Assembly: GCA_963790475.1 (NCBI GenBank)
Contig: CAWBOS010000010.1
Location: 1,440,001-1,504,000, forward strand
Length of the DNA: 64,000 nt
Direction: 5' to 3'
Source of the DNA: an uncultured delta proteobacterium
GTDB taxonomy: Bacteria > Desulfobacterota > RBG-13-43-22
The translations under genes were made by a program, and so were the position numbers. The notes beneath the pieces are model-generated. The model was given only the letters and a program-made list of their open reading frames with translations. It was not told the DNA's origin and ran no database searches. Shown here piece after piece: positions 18,238-28,534 of the stretch. Within the stretch, counting starts at the first letter, position 1, and each line of letters begins with the position of its first letter.

Positions 18238-20652
18238 ATGGCCTATCAAGATATCGATTTTGAAACGGAAAAAATTGTCGGGGAACCTTTTAAGGACCTG
18301 ACCATCCCTTCAGTCCTATCCCTTATTCCCGTCAGGGACGTGGTCGTTTTTACTAACATGATCATGCCCTTACTGGTAAGCAGAGAGAGTTCCATCCTGG
18401 CCGTTGAAAAGGCCGTCGCCCATGATCGCCTGGTCCTTTTAACCGCCCAAAAAAATTCTCTGGTCGAAGATCCAAAACCCGAAGACCTCTATTCCGTAGG
18501 GACCGCGGCCATCGTTCTGAGAACTCTGAAACTTATGGATGGGAGCATTAAAATCCTGGTCCAGGGAGTAGCCAGGGTCAGGATCCTGGAATATCTGGAA
18601 ATCCAGCCATTTATCCGGGTCCGCCTCCACCCCCTGTCTGAGCAGTTCGTGTCCGGAAATCAGGTGGAGACCGAAGCCCTGATGCGTAACGTTCGGGAAC
18701 AGAGCGAAAAAATTCTTTCTCTAAAAGATATGCTTTCAGCCGATGTGGTCACCATTTTGAACAGTATCGATGAGCCGGGGCAGTTGGCCGACCTGGTCGC
18801 TTCCAATTTAAGATTGAAGATTGAAGCCTCTCAGGAAATCCTGGAGTTGTCCGACCCCCTGGCCCGGCTGCAACGGATCAACGAACATCTGGCCAAAGAA
18901 CTGGAGGTTTCTACGGTACAGGCTCGTATCCAGTCGGAAGCCAAGGAGGAGATGGGCAGGGGCCAGAGGGAGTATTACCTTCGGGAACAACTCCGGGCTA
19001 TCCGTCGGGAATTGGGGGAATATGAAGAAAAAACGGCGGAGTTAAAAGAATATAGAACCAAGCTTGATGGAATGCGGATGCCTAAAGAGGCCAAGGAAGA
19101 AGCCTTAAAACAGGTTTCCCGCCTGGAGCAGATGCATCCCGATTCGGCCGAAACCTCCATTATCAGGACCTATGTAGACTGGATTGTATCCCTGCCCTGG
19201 GATAAAAAGACCCGGGACAAAATTAAGGTCAAAGAGGCCCAGAAGATCCTGGACGAGGACCACTATGACTTAAAAAAAGTAAAAGAGCGAATATTGGAAT
19301 TTTTAAGTGTCCGAAAATTGAATCCCGGGATGAAAGGTCCAATTCTATGCTTCGTCGGGCCACCGGGGGTTGGAAAAACCTCTCTGGGAAGGTCTATTGC
19401 CCGGGCTATGGGCCGGAAATTCATTCGCATCTCGCTGGGCGGGGTCCGGGATGAGGCCGAGATTCGAGGGCATCGCCGAACCTACATCGGGGCCTTGCCG
19501 GGAAGGATCTTGCAGGGGCTCAAACAGGTGGGCACCAATAACCCGGTGTTTATGATGGACGAGGTGGACAAAATCGGTTCGGATTTCCGGGGAAACCCGG
19601 CAGCCGCCTTGTTAGAGGTTCTGGACCCCGAACAAAACTTTTCCTTCAGTGATCATTATCTGAATATCCCCTTTGATCTTTCTTCGGTCATGTTCATCAC
19701 CACGGCTAATTCCATAGACCCTATTCCCTCGGCCCTCAAAGACCGTATGGAAGTGATCGAACTGTCCGGTTACACCGATGACGAAAAATTAAAAATCGCC
19801 CTCTCTCATCTGCTGCCCAGACAACTTAAAGAAAACGGCCTCAAGCCCGGACAATTGAAAATCAGTCGGGAAACCATTCTGAAAATCATCAACGAATATA
19901 CCGATGAAGCCGGCCTTCGCAATTTGGAAAAAGAATTGGCCGCCATCTGCCGCAAGACCGCCCGGCGCATCGCCGAGGGAGAAAAAGGACCTTTCACCGT
20001 TTTCAAAGGAAACCTGCACCGATTTCTGGGCTCGCCCCCCTATCTGCCCGATGAGGTGCGGAACCTGCATGAGGTGGGGGTGGCCACGGGACTGGCCTGG
20101 ACCCAGAGCGGCGGCGAATTACTCTATGTGGAAACGATGATCCTGAAGGGGAAAGGGAACTTCACCTTGACCGGTCAACTGGGCGACGTGATGAAAGAAT
20201 CGGCCCAGGCGGCCTTAAGTTATGCCCGATCAAGGTCGGAACGGTTGCATCTGAAAGATAATTTTTATGAACATTTGGACATCCATATCCATGTCCCGGC
20301 CGGAGCCATTCCCAAGGACGGCCCCTCGGCCGGGGTCACCCTGGTGACTTCCTTGATTTCCGCCTTAACCAGGATCCCGGTCAACAAGGACGTTGCTATG
20401 ACCGGTGAAATCACGCTCCGGGGCAGGGTCTTACCAATAGGCGGGCTCAAGGAAAAAACCCTGGCGGCTATCCGGGCCAAGATAAAAACCTTGATCATTC
20501 CGGAACAAAATAAAAGGGATTTGATGGAAATTCCCAGAGCAGTACGCCGCCGGATCGAGTTTGTTTTAGTAAAAGATATCGATGAGGTGGTTGACCTGGC
20601 CTTGCTGGCCCCAAAACCCAAGGCCAAAAAACTGTTACGTAAGATAATTTAG
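18238..20652 (+). CDS. lon: ATP-dependent Lon protease
   Basis: GPPGVGKTS, HRRTYIGALPG, PKDGPSAG and GGLKEK motifs. Confidence 0.97.
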   Translation: MAYQDIDFETEKIVGEPFKDLTIPSVLSLIPVRDVVVFTNMIMPLLVSRESSILAVEKAVAHDRLVLLTAQKNSLVEDPKPEDLYSVGTAAIVLRTLKLMDGSIKILVQGVARVRILEYLEIQPFIRVRLHPLSEQFVSGNQVETEALMRNVREQSEKILSLKDMLSADVVTILNSIDEPGQLADLVASNLRLKIEASQEILELSDPLARLQRINEHLAKELEVSTVQARIQSEAKEEMGRGQREYYLREQLRAIRRELGEYEEKTAELKEYRTKLDGMRMPKEAKEEALKQVSRLEQMHPDSAETSIIRTYVDWIVSLPWDKKTRDKIKVKEAQKILDEDHYDLKKVKERILEFLSVRKLNPGMKGPILCFVGPPGVGKTSLGRSIARAMGRKFIRISLGGVRDEAEIRGHRRTYIGALPGRILQGLKQVGTNNPVFMMDEVDKIGSDFRGNPAAALLEVLDPEQNFSFSDHYLNIPFDLSSVMFITTANSIDPIPSALKDRMEVIELSGYTDDEKLKIALSHLLPRQLKENGLKPGQLKISRETILKIINEYTDEAGLRNLEKELAAICRKTARRIAEGEKGPFTVFKGNLHRFLGSPPYLPDEVRNLHEVGVATGLAWTQSGGELLYVETMILKGKGNFTLTGQLGDVMKESAQAALSYARSRSERLHLKDNFYEHLDIHIHVPAGAIPKDGPSAGVTLVTSLISALTRIPVNKDVAMTGEITLRGRVLPIGGLKEKTLAAIRAKIKTLIIPEQNKRDLMEIPRAVRRRIEFVLVKDIDEVVDLALLAPKPKAKKLLRKII

Positions 20653-20676
20653 AATCTTACAAAAAATTCAACTTAT

Positions 20677-20800
20677 ACGGGTTGATCAAAAACGTTCAGA
20701 TGCAAGGCGCCCGAAATTCCGAGGAATGAAGGCGTACAGGGAACGGGATGAGGGCAATCCCGCTAAGGGCGGGACAGATGGATGTTTTTCATCAACCCGT
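20677..20800. mobile_element. MITE (124 bp)
   Basis: Terminal IRs ACGGGTTGATCAAAAACGTTCA / TGGATGTTTTTCATCAACCCGT; no coding capacity. Confidence 0.65.
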
Positions 20801-20811
20801 CAAGGGTATCT

Positions 20812-22005
20812 ATGAACATTGCTTACTTCGACTGCTTCTCCGGTATCAGCGGAGACATGATCCTGGGGGCTTTTTTGGATCTCGGGTTCCCTCAAAAACT
20901 TTTGCGGCAAACCTTGAGCCAAATCCCCCTCCCTGAACTCCGTTTACTGGTAAAACGGGAGGGACGTTCCCACATCACCGGATATTCCCTGCAAGTTCAT
21001 GGAAAAAAAGGGAAACCCATTGCCCGAACCTATAAATCCATCAAACAGCTTATTGAAACAAGCAAGGTTACTCTTCCGGTCAAAGAAAACAGTCTGGCTA
21101 TTCTCAAGCGATTGGCCCAGGTGGAAGCCAAAATTCATGGCCTCGAATTGGAGGAAGTGCATTTCCATGAAATCGGGGCCTTGGATACCATCGTGGATAT
21201 CGTTGGGGCAGCGCTGGCTTTTGAATATTTTCAAATTCAGGAAGTGATTTCCTCTCCCCTGCCTGTCGGCCGGGGATGGGTCCAAAGCGGTCATGGCCCC
21301 CTGCCCCTTCCGGCCCCGGCCACCCTGGCCTTGCTCCGGGGGGCAGCGGTAATTCCATCCAATGGGGAAAAGGAATTGGTCACCCCCACCGGGGCGGCCA
21401 TCCTCACCCACTATGCCCGGTCTTACGGACCTCCGCCGGCCTTGTTTTTAAAAGGAGTGGGCTATGGTCTGGGGCAGATCCACCTTCAGGATCGTCCCAA
21501 TGCCCTCAGGATCTGGCTGGGTGAAAAAACTTCCGGCCTAATCAACGAAAAACTGATCGTCCTGGAAACCAATATCGACGATATGAATCCCCAGTGGTAC
21601 GATAACCTGCTGGAGCGTCTGTTTGAGGCCGGGGCTTTGGATTGTCTCTTGATTCCCTGCCAGATGAAAAAAAATAGACCCGCGGTCCTGCTCCAGGTTT
21701 TATCCAAACCGGAAACTATGGCTCCATTGCAAACTATTCTCTTGAATGAGACTACTACCCTTGGCGTCAGGTCTTATGAAGTGGACCGCCTTTCCCTGCC
21801 CCGGTCCATCCAATCCATCAAAACCCCCTGGGGCCGTATACGAATCAAAAGAATAACGCGGCCCGGTCATACCCATAAGTCCGCGGATGATTTTTCTATT
21901 GAGTATGATGACCTCAAAGAACTGGCCCGATCTCAGAAAGGGACCCTGAAGGAACTGGATGCCAAAATTCGTCATTGGGTTTTGAAAGAAAAAATCTTAA
22001 CTTGA
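20812..22005 (+). CDS. larC: Nickel-pincer cofactor biosynthesis protein LarC
   Basis: YFDCFSGISGDM, VHFHEIGA, ELVTPTGAA, LETNIDD, MKKNRP and TTTLGVR motifs; start moved to ATG 20812. Confidence 0.92.
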   Translation: MNIAYFDCFSGISGDMILGAFLDLGFPQKLLRQTLSQIPLPELRLLVKREGRSHITGYSLQVHGKKGKPIARTYKSIKQLIETSKVTLPVKENSLAILKRLAQVEAKIHGLELEEVHFHEIGALDTIVDIVGAALAFEYFQIQEVISSPLPVGRGWVQSGHGPLPLPAPATLALLRGAAVIPSNGEKELVTPTGAAILTHYARSYGPPPALFLKGVGYGLGQIHLQDRPNALRIWLGEKTSGLINEKLIVLETNIDDMNPQWYDNLLERLFEAGALDCLLIPCQMKKNRPAVLLQVLSKPETMAPLQTILLNETTTLGVRSYEVDRLSLPRSIQSIKTPWGRIRIKRITRPGHTHKSADDFSIEYDDLKELARSQKGTLKELDAKIRHWVLKEKILT

Positions 22006-22204
22006 CCCTATCTTTTCCTTACCCATCACCCGAGGCATCAAGGACCGAAGGATGAAATTGATGCCGAAAAAAATTTTTGGGAAAATCCATTTAGCAATCA
22101 GTTCCACTTGAACTAAAAATCATTCTCGTAACTCTTGAACCGTTCGCCAGAGAAATAAAATTGATCTATAAACTGCTTAGAATTTTGCTGGGAGGGGCAA
22201 TCTC

Positions 22205-23389
22205 ATGAACTTTATCCGTCGATACTTGCTGGTAACCTTTGTCATATCAATTTTTATCTTTCTCTTTGGGGTCGCCCAAGCCCAAACAAATCTCAATGCC
22301 CGACTTACCCCCTATCTGTCCCAATACAACCTGCCGGCTCTTGCCGCCGCGGTCGTCAAAGGGGGAAGGATTATCGCCGCCGGTGCTGTCGGCACCCGTA
22401 AGGCGGGATCGAATATTCCGGTTACCCTGAATGACCGGTTCCATCTGGGCTCAGATACCAAGGCCATGACCGCCTTATTGGCCGCCATGCTGGTGGAAGA
22501 AGGAAAGCTGCGTTGGAACACAACCATCGGGGAGGTCTTTCCCGAGCTGGCCGAGAAGATGGACCCCGCCTTGCGAGGCGTCACCCTGGAACAATTGCTA
22601 TCGCATACCAGTGGTATTCCGACCGATAATGAAGACGTCTTCAAACTGTATTCAGAAGCCATGTCCCAGGAAGGAAACCTCGATGAGATGCGCTACTGGC
22701 TCGTTCAGCAATGGAGCAAGCGGCCTCTGGGTTCCCCTCCGGGAACGAAATTCGCTTATTCGAATACGGGATATATATTCGTGGGGGCCATGATCGAACG
22801 AATTGGGGGAAAGACCTGGGACGAGATGATTACCGACCGAATCTTCGGCCCTTTGAAGCTTCGAACCGCCGGTCTCGGGCCACAGGCCTCGCTCGGCAAA
22901 ATCGATGCGCCTCTCGGGCATGCCTTAATCAATGGAAAGGTGAAGGCCTTTCTCGCCGGTCCCAATGGTGACGGCCCGCCCATTGTTGGCCCGGCCGGGA
23001 TCGCCCACATGTCGATCCTTGATTTTGCGCGCTGGGCCGGGTGGAATGCCGGCGAGGGAAAGCGTATGCCGGCCCTGGTCAGGCCGGATACCCTGCGCAA
23101 ACTGCACACCCCGGTCATTTCCATGCCGGAAAGAAAGGATGCCGCACCCGGCACTCCACCGGGCGGAAAATATGCCCTGGGGTGGGGAGAACTGACTGTT
23201 GACTGGGCTCCTTATCCCCTCCTCTATCATGGTGGTTCAAACAGCATGAATCTGGCCCACATCTGGCTTGATACCAAATCGGATACAGCATTGGTCATGA
23301 CCACCAACATCAGTAGTCCGGAGGCCAATCAGGCCTTTTCCAAGCTGGCAAAGGAACTTTATACAAACTTCATTCCAAAAAAGAAATAA
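22205..23389 (+). CDS. Exported serine hydrolase, beta-lactamase (AmpC-like) family
   Basis: Signal peptide; SDTK (SxxK), LLSHTSG, YSN and HGG motifs. Confidence 0.88.
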   Translation: MNFIRRYLLVTFVISIFIFLFGVAQAQTNLNARLTPYLSQYNLPALAAAVVKGGRIIAAGAVGTRKAGSNIPVTLNDRFHLGSDTKAMTALLAAMLVEEGKLRWNTTIGEVFPELAEKMDPALRGVTLEQLLSHTSGIPTDNEDVFKLYSEAMSQEGNLDEMRYWLVQQWSKRPLGSPPGTKFAYSNTGYIFVGAMIERIGGKTWDEMITDRIFGPLKLRTAGLGPQASLGKIDAPLGHALINGKVKAFLAGPNGDGPPIVGPAGIAHMSILDFARWAGWNAGEGKRMPALVRPDTLRKLHTPVISMPERKDAAPGTPPGGKYALGWGELTVDWAPYPLLYHGGSNSMNLAHIWLDTKSDTALVMTTNISSPEANQAFSKLAKELYTNFIPKKK

Positions 23390-23426
23390 AAGAAAAGGTG
23401 TAACACGTTAGCCTTATGAAAATAAA

Positions 23427-23600
23427 TTATCTGACAGGATTAACAGGATTGACATGTTTTTTGCTCAGGCCCTGTTAGGCCCTGAGCAACTTCGATCCGC
23501 TTTCAGCGGAAATTAAGGCTATCCATAAGACAATTTGGTTTGTGCCTTTCATCCGGAAAGGCACAATAATCGAAGTAATCCTGTAAATCCTGTCTAATAA
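23427..23600. mobile_element. MITE-like element with 9-mer-repeat termini and three internal hairpins
   Basis: GACAGGATTAACAGGATT / AATCCTGTAAATCCTGTC ends; hairpins TTGCTCAGG/CCTGAGCAA, TCCGCT/AGCGGA, TTGTGCCTTTC/GAAAGGCACAA. Confidence 0.65.
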
Positions 23601-23645
23601 AGACTTTGAATTTCAAAAACTAAAAAGATACGAAAAAGGAAAGAA

Positions 23646-23969
23646 ATGATTGAAATCCGTCGCGAGCAGTCCGGCGACTCCGTTGCAGTCCATAATATCA
23701 ATGAACTGGCCTTTGGTCAGCCCACCGAGGCCATTCTGGTGGACACCCTTCGGACCGCCTGCCCGGATGCCTTGTCTTTAGTAGCCACAATGGATGATCA
23801 GGTTGTCGGGCACATTCTATTCACGCCGGTCACCGTAGTCGTCCCCCAAGGAGAAATTAAGGGCCTGGGGCTGGCACCTATGTCTGTGACACCCGAATTC
23901 CAGCGTCGGGGGACCGGCTCCCAGCTTGTCAGGGTCATTTTCCCCTATCGCCCCATATCCCGGACTTAA
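23646..23969 (+). pseudogene. C-terminally truncated YhbS-like GNAT acetyltransferase
   Basis: VVGHILFTPV, LGLAPMSV and FQRRGTGSQLV motifs, then an unrelated tail; the expected VLGHPxYYxRFGF segment is absent. Confidence 0.65.
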
Positions 23970-23975
23970 TATTGA

Positions 23976-24611
23976 ATGGTATCGAAAAAAATTAAACCGC
24001 TCACCCAACCGGTCTTTTACCAGGCCCTAAACATCCTAAAAAATCGGGACAGCGATATAGCTAAGGTCTTGTCCACTTTGGGCCCACCACCATTTTGGAA
24101 ACGCGATCCCGGTTTTTCGACGCTGGTACAGATTATTCTCGAACAGCAGGTTTCTCTATCCTCGGCCAGAGCGGCTTTTAATCGTCTGCTGCAGGCCATC
24201 CCTGTCTTGACCCCGGAAGAATTCCTGAAGCTGGACCTCAAAACGCTTAAACAAATAGGGTTCAGCCGTCAGAAGGCTTATTACTGCCGTCATCTGGCCG
24301 AATCCGTTATCTCGGGTTCCCTTAACCTGGAGGGCCTCAAGAAGATGGAGGATGACCAGGCTCGTGCCGAATTAATCCGGATTAAGGGAATCGGCCGCTG
24401 GACGGCGGATATCTATCTTTTGATCGCCCTTCGACGTCCGAATATCTGGCCTATCGGAGATCTGGCCCTGAGCGCTGCCGTTCAACGGGTTAAAGGAATC
24501 AAGGCCCAACCTTCCCTGCAGCAACTGGAGACTCTGAGTCTGGCCTGGGAGCCATGGAGGGGGGTTGCCGCCCGGATCTTCTGGCACTATTATCTTAATA
24601 CTCAAAAATAA
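23976..24611 (+). CDS. DNA-3-methyladenine glycosylase II (AlkA/HhH-GPD family)
   Basis: ILEQQVS, IKGIGRWTADIYL, GDLAL and WEPWR motifs. Confidence 0.88.
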   Translation: MVSKKIKPLTQPVFYQALNILKNRDSDIAKVLSTLGPPPFWKRDPGFSTLVQIILEQQVSLSSARAAFNRLLQAIPVLTPEEFLKLDLKTLKQIGFSRQKAYYCRHLAESVISGSLNLEGLKKMEDDQARAELIRIKGIGRWTADIYLLIALRRPNIWPIGDLALSAAVQRVKGIKAQPSLQQLETLSLAWEPWRGVAARIFWHYYLNTQK

Positions 24612-24796
24612 TCAAAATGGAAAACATTCCATTGGAGCGGCCATCATTTGAGCTCCGTGGCGGATATTTTTTTCAAGAACAAAATAATGGTAACCTGCAA
24701 TTATTTGTTTATCTGGGGTTGATATTCATGCCCAATATATATATATATTCAGTGAACATGACCGAAGGATTTTATCAACCACAGTGAAGGATTCAG

Positions 24797-25471
24797 GTGG
24801 ATATTACCCTTAACGACACTATACATATTCTTAATCTGATCGGCACGGCTGTCTTTGCCATCACTGGAGCCCTCGCCGCCGGCAGGAAAAGGATGGATAT
24901 CTTTGGCGTAGTAGTGCTGGGCTGCGTGACCGCTTTGGGGGGCGGCACTCTAAGGGACATGATCCTCGGGGCCTATCCAATCTTCTGGATTTCAAACACG
25001 GTATATCTTGGGGCAGCCACGATTGCGGCGATCGGCACATTTATAACGGCGCGGTACTGGAAACTGCCCGCTACCCTCCTGATGTATGGGGACGCGGTCG
25101 GCCTGGCGGTTTTCACGGTCATTGGATTTCAGAAGGGCCTGCAGGCAACCCATGAATTCAGCATCGGGATCGTCATGGGTGTCACTACCGGCGTGGTCGG
25201 CGGCATCGTTCGCGATGTCCTTTCAGGGGAGATCCCCCTGATCCTTCGCCGGGAGATCTACGCCTCGGCGAGCCTTTGCGGCGCCCTTCTGCTGGCGATT
25301 CTGTCTTATCTTGGTTTGCCAAGCCCGTTGATTATTCTTCTTTCGGCTTTAGCCATATTGATCTTGCGGGTGGCCGCTCTGCACTGGAATTTGGCTTTAC
25401 CTCTCCTCTGGCTTCGGGAAGATCAAGAGTCCGCAACCAGAGTCGATCGAAGGTCCGGAGATAAGGATTGA
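24797..25471 (+). CDS. Trimeric intracellular cation channel (YadS/UPF0126) family protein
   Basis: GGGTLRD and GGIVRD repeats, EIYA motif, TM helices. Confidence 0.88.
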   Translation: MDITLNDTIHILNLIGTAVFAITGALAAGRKRMDIFGVVVLGCVTALGGGTLRDMILGAYPIFWISNTVYLGAATIAAIGTFITARYWKLPATLLMYGDAVGLAVFTVIGFQKGLQATHEFSIGIVMGVTTGVVGGIVRDVLSGEIPLILRREIYASASLCGALLLAILSYLGLPSPLIILLSALAILILRVAALHWNLALPLLWLREDQESATRVDRRSGDKD

Positions 25472-25562
25472 CCGCTCTCTTCAGCCTTTCGTCATCCCTG
25501 AGGTTATGGGTATGATTAAACAGGGGCCCCCCTTAATCACCGGGAAGAAAGATGGGTTGAAC

Positions 25563-25985
25563 ATGGCCATCAGACCATTTGACCCTTCCGATGAAGAGTC
25601 CGTTATCAAGCTTTGGACAGACTGCGGACTTGTCGTTCCCTGGAATAATCCCCATCTGGACATCCGGCGAAAGCTCAAGGTGCAGGCCGACGGGTTTCTG
25701 GTCGCCTTGACAGACCGGCGGATCATTGCGACCGTCATGGCCGGATATGACGGCCACAGAGGATGGATAAACTATCTCGCGGTCAACCCCCGATACCGGA
25801 ATAGGGGGATCGGCAGATATATGATGGAGACCGCGGAGGACTATCTTCGGGCATTGGGTTGTCCCAAAATCAACTTACAAGTACGCAGCTCGAATACCGG
25901 AGTAATTGAATTCTACAACAGGATCGGCTTTAAGCCGGACAATGCTGTGAGCCTGGGCAAACGTCTGGAAACCGATGAGGTATGA
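25563..25985 (+). CDS. GNAT acetyltransferase (YpeA-like)
   Basis: MAGYDGHRGWINYLAV and GCPKINLQVR motifs. Confidence 0.88.
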   Translation: MAIRPFDPSDEESVIKLWTDCGLVVPWNNPHLDIRRKLKVQADGFLVALTDRRIIATVMAGYDGHRGWINYLAVNPRYRNRGIGRYMMETAEDYLRALGCPKINLQVRSSNTGVIEFYNRIGFKPDNAVSLGKRLETDEV

Positions 25986-26030
25986 ATGACGTAGCTGATA
26001 GAATCATTAAGGCATTAAAAGGAAGATCCT

Positions 26031-27071
26031 ATGATAACCTCGAGAAAAAATATTGCAGCGGTTTTGATGGTATTTTTATTTCTGCTCGCGGCCCATTGGG
26101 CAACGGCCAAAGAAGAGGCCCCTCCAGCACCAGGGAAGGTATCTTCCGGCACTCATACTGTCCAGATTGCCTCGGGCGGGTTAGATCGACGCTATGTCAT
26201 TCATATTCCATCGGGATACAATACTGACAAAAAGTGGCCGGTGGTGATCATGTTTCATGGTGGTGGAGGTACGGCTAAAGGCGCCATGTGGGAAACCGGC
26301 TGGACAGAGAAGGGCGACCAGGAAGGCTTCCTGTCCGTGTTCCCCGAAGGTACACCCCCGGACCCCTCCCGTCCGAGCCGGTTCCGTGACAATCCGCAGA
26401 CCTGGAATGACGGTTCCAAGAGACCCGGCATCGGCGCAGTAGATCGAGAGGTAGCCGATGTGGAGTTCGTATCCGCCTTACTCTCCGACCTGGATATGCG
26501 ATTCAAGGTGGACAAAAGCCGGATCTATGTCACTGGCTTTTCCAACGGGGCCTCGATGTCTTTTCGTCTGGCCCGGGAACTATCCTCCTTCATTGCCGCT
26601 GCCGCCCCTGTCGCCGGCGCAGACTGGCTGGATCAAGAAAACCCGGGGCGCCTTGTTCCCCTTCTGTACATCACCGGAACAGCTGATCCTCTGAATCCCT
26701 TCGCCGGGGGTGAAATCCGGATAGGACAAAAAACCTACGGAAACAAACCGTCAACCCAGGAGATGATCGGGAAATGGATAGCGATGCTTGACTGTAAACA
26801 AAAGCCGCTTGTGGTGTATGACCAGGATGGGGCCAAAGGAACAGCCTATGGCTGTCCAGGCAAAGACCACGATGTCGTTCTCTACATCATCGAGGGGCAC
26901 GGTCACCACTGGCCCGGCGGCCGATCCGCCCTACCGGAGTTCCTGGCGGGAAAAAACAAGGCCAAACTTAAAGCGACAGATGTCATCTGGGAGTTTTTTA
27001 AAAAGTATTCCCTAGTTGATTCGACACCCGTTCAAGAATCTTCGGAGAAGGGGAACGAGCCCCGGCGATGA
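26031..27071 (+). CDS. Exported PHB-depolymerase/LpqC-like esterase
   Basis: Signal peptide; FHGGGG, GFSNGA nucleophile elbow and GHHWPG motifs. Confidence 0.85.
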   Translation: MITSRKNIAAVLMVFLFLLAAHWATAKEEAPPAPGKVSSGTHTVQIASGGLDRRYVIHIPSGYNTDKKWPVVIMFHGGGGTAKGAMWETGWTEKGDQEGFLSVFPEGTPPDPSRPSRFRDNPQTWNDGSKRPGIGAVDREVADVEFVSALLSDLDMRFKVDKSRIYVTGFSNGASMSFRLARELSSFIAAAAPVAGADWLDQENPGRLVPLLYITGTADPLNPFAGGEIRIGQKTYGNKPSTQEMIGKWIAMLDCKQKPLVVYDQDGAKGTAYGCPGKDHDVVLYIIEGHGHHWPGGRSALPEFLAGKNKAKLKATDVIWEFFKKYSLVDSTPVQESSEKGNEPRR

Positions 27072-27126
27072 TCGACCGCATTAAAGAACATCAAGATATT
27101 CTTCAAATGGAGCTGGAGATTTACCC

Positions 27127-27864
27127 ATGCGATTACAATTCATCGGAAGCGGTGACGCCTTTGGCAGCGGCGGGAGACTAAACACCTGCTTCCACGTCAC
27201 CGGCCAACAGGTGAATTTCCTGATTGACTGCGGGGCCTCTTCTTTAATCGGATTGAAAAAGGAAGATATCCGGTTAAATGGAATTCAGGCCATCTTCGTG
27301 ACGCATTTTCATGCAGACCACTTCGGCGGTATTCCCTTTTTCATGCTTGATGCCCAGTTCTCATCCAAGAGGAATCAACCGCTGATCATCGTCGGCCCGC
27401 CCGGGTTGGTACATTGCTATGAACAGGTCATGGAAACTTCATTTCCCGGGTCGTCAAAAACAAAACCTAAGTTCGGCCTGTCTTTCATCGAACTCAGGCC
27501 CAAGGAACCGGCCGAAGTTGCCGGAGTTAAAGTCAGACCCTTCCAGGCCCTTCACGGAGATTCAGATGGCCCCTTCTTTTCCTACCGATTTGAAGCTGAA
27601 AACCGCGCCCTGGCCTACAGTGGGGACACGGAATGGACCGACGAACTAATAGAAGCGGCATCTCAATCCGATCTCTTCATCTCCGAGGCTTACTTCCTCG
27701 AAAAGAAGGTCAAGTTTCATCTCGACTTGGCGAACATAACCAGGCACCTGCCTCTTATTCAAACAAAACGGTTGATTCTCACCCATATGAGCAGTGACCT
27801 TTTGGATCGCCTGGACAACCTGGCCTTTGAGACGGCCTATGACGGAAAACTGGTCTATTTTTAG
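27127..27864 (+). CDS. MBL-fold metallo-hydrolase (RNase Z-like)
   Basis: GSGDAFGSGG, THFHADH, YSGDT and LTHM motifs. Confidence 0.88.
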   Translation: MRLQFIGSGDAFGSGGRLNTCFHVTGQQVNFLIDCGASSLIGLKKEDIRLNGIQAIFVTHFHADHFGGIPFFMLDAQFSSKRNQPLIIVGPPGLVHCYEQVMETSFPGSSKTKPKFGLSFIELRPKEPAEVAGVKVRPFQALHGDSDGPFFSYRFEAENRALAYSGDTEWTDELIEAASQSDLFISEAYFLEKKVKFHLDLANITRHLPLIQTKRLILTHMSSDLLDRLDNLAFETAYDGKLVYF

Positions 27865-27972
27865 ATACTCCAGCAGAATTCAGACCGATTGGGTAGATTG
27901 ATTTTATTTTGACAGGTAATTGGCCAGGGGATATTATTTCCTATAAGTCCAAGACAGAAGGAGTCTTCAAAA

Positions 27973-28446
27973 ATGCCGGATATCCCCTGGATAGACATTA
28001 TCGGACTTTTTATTTTCCTGGCCGGATTTATCATCGGCCTGGGAGCCGTCACCGTTATCGACCTGCATGGTTTTCTAGGCCGGAAATCACCTTACTGGAC
28101 CGAGGCGACCACGCGAACCCATAAAGTGACCAAGCCCCTCATCTGGATCGGTCTCTTGCTGACCATTATCGGCGGTCTGATAACCTATCGGAAGAACGGT
28201 TTGACCGGCATTCCCTGTTATCAAGCGATCATCGGCATTTTATTAGTTTTAAACGGCCTCTTTTTAAGCTTTCGCGTCAGCCCATTCTTATTAAAACGGG
28301 AAAAGGAAGGCAGAGCTTCTGAATTGCTTCCTACTTCCTGGCAGGTTAAAATTACCGTGGGTTTTATCATTTCTTTTTTGGGCTGGTGGAGTGCCCTTTT
28401 CCTGCTGGTGTGGTTTCTCCTGGTCACTCGTTGCCCATTTACTTAA
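27973..28446 (+). CDS. Hypothetical 4-TM membrane protein
   Basis: Four hydrophobic segments; RBS AAGGAG upstream. Confidence 0.7.
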   Translation: MPDIPWIDIIGLFIFLAGFIIGLGAVTVIDLHGFLGRKSPYWTEATTRTHKVTKPLIWIGLLLTIIGGLITYRKNGLTGIPCYQAIIGILLVLNGLFLSFRVSPFLLKREKEGRASELLPTSWQVKITVGFIISFLGWWSALFLLVWFLLVTRCPFT

Positions 28447-28534
28447 AAAATAACTTTTTGTTTTTATTGGTATCGGGATGAATCAAACCGAAAGGACTTA
28501 AAGATTTTAAAACCTGTGGAAAGGATAATAGATC

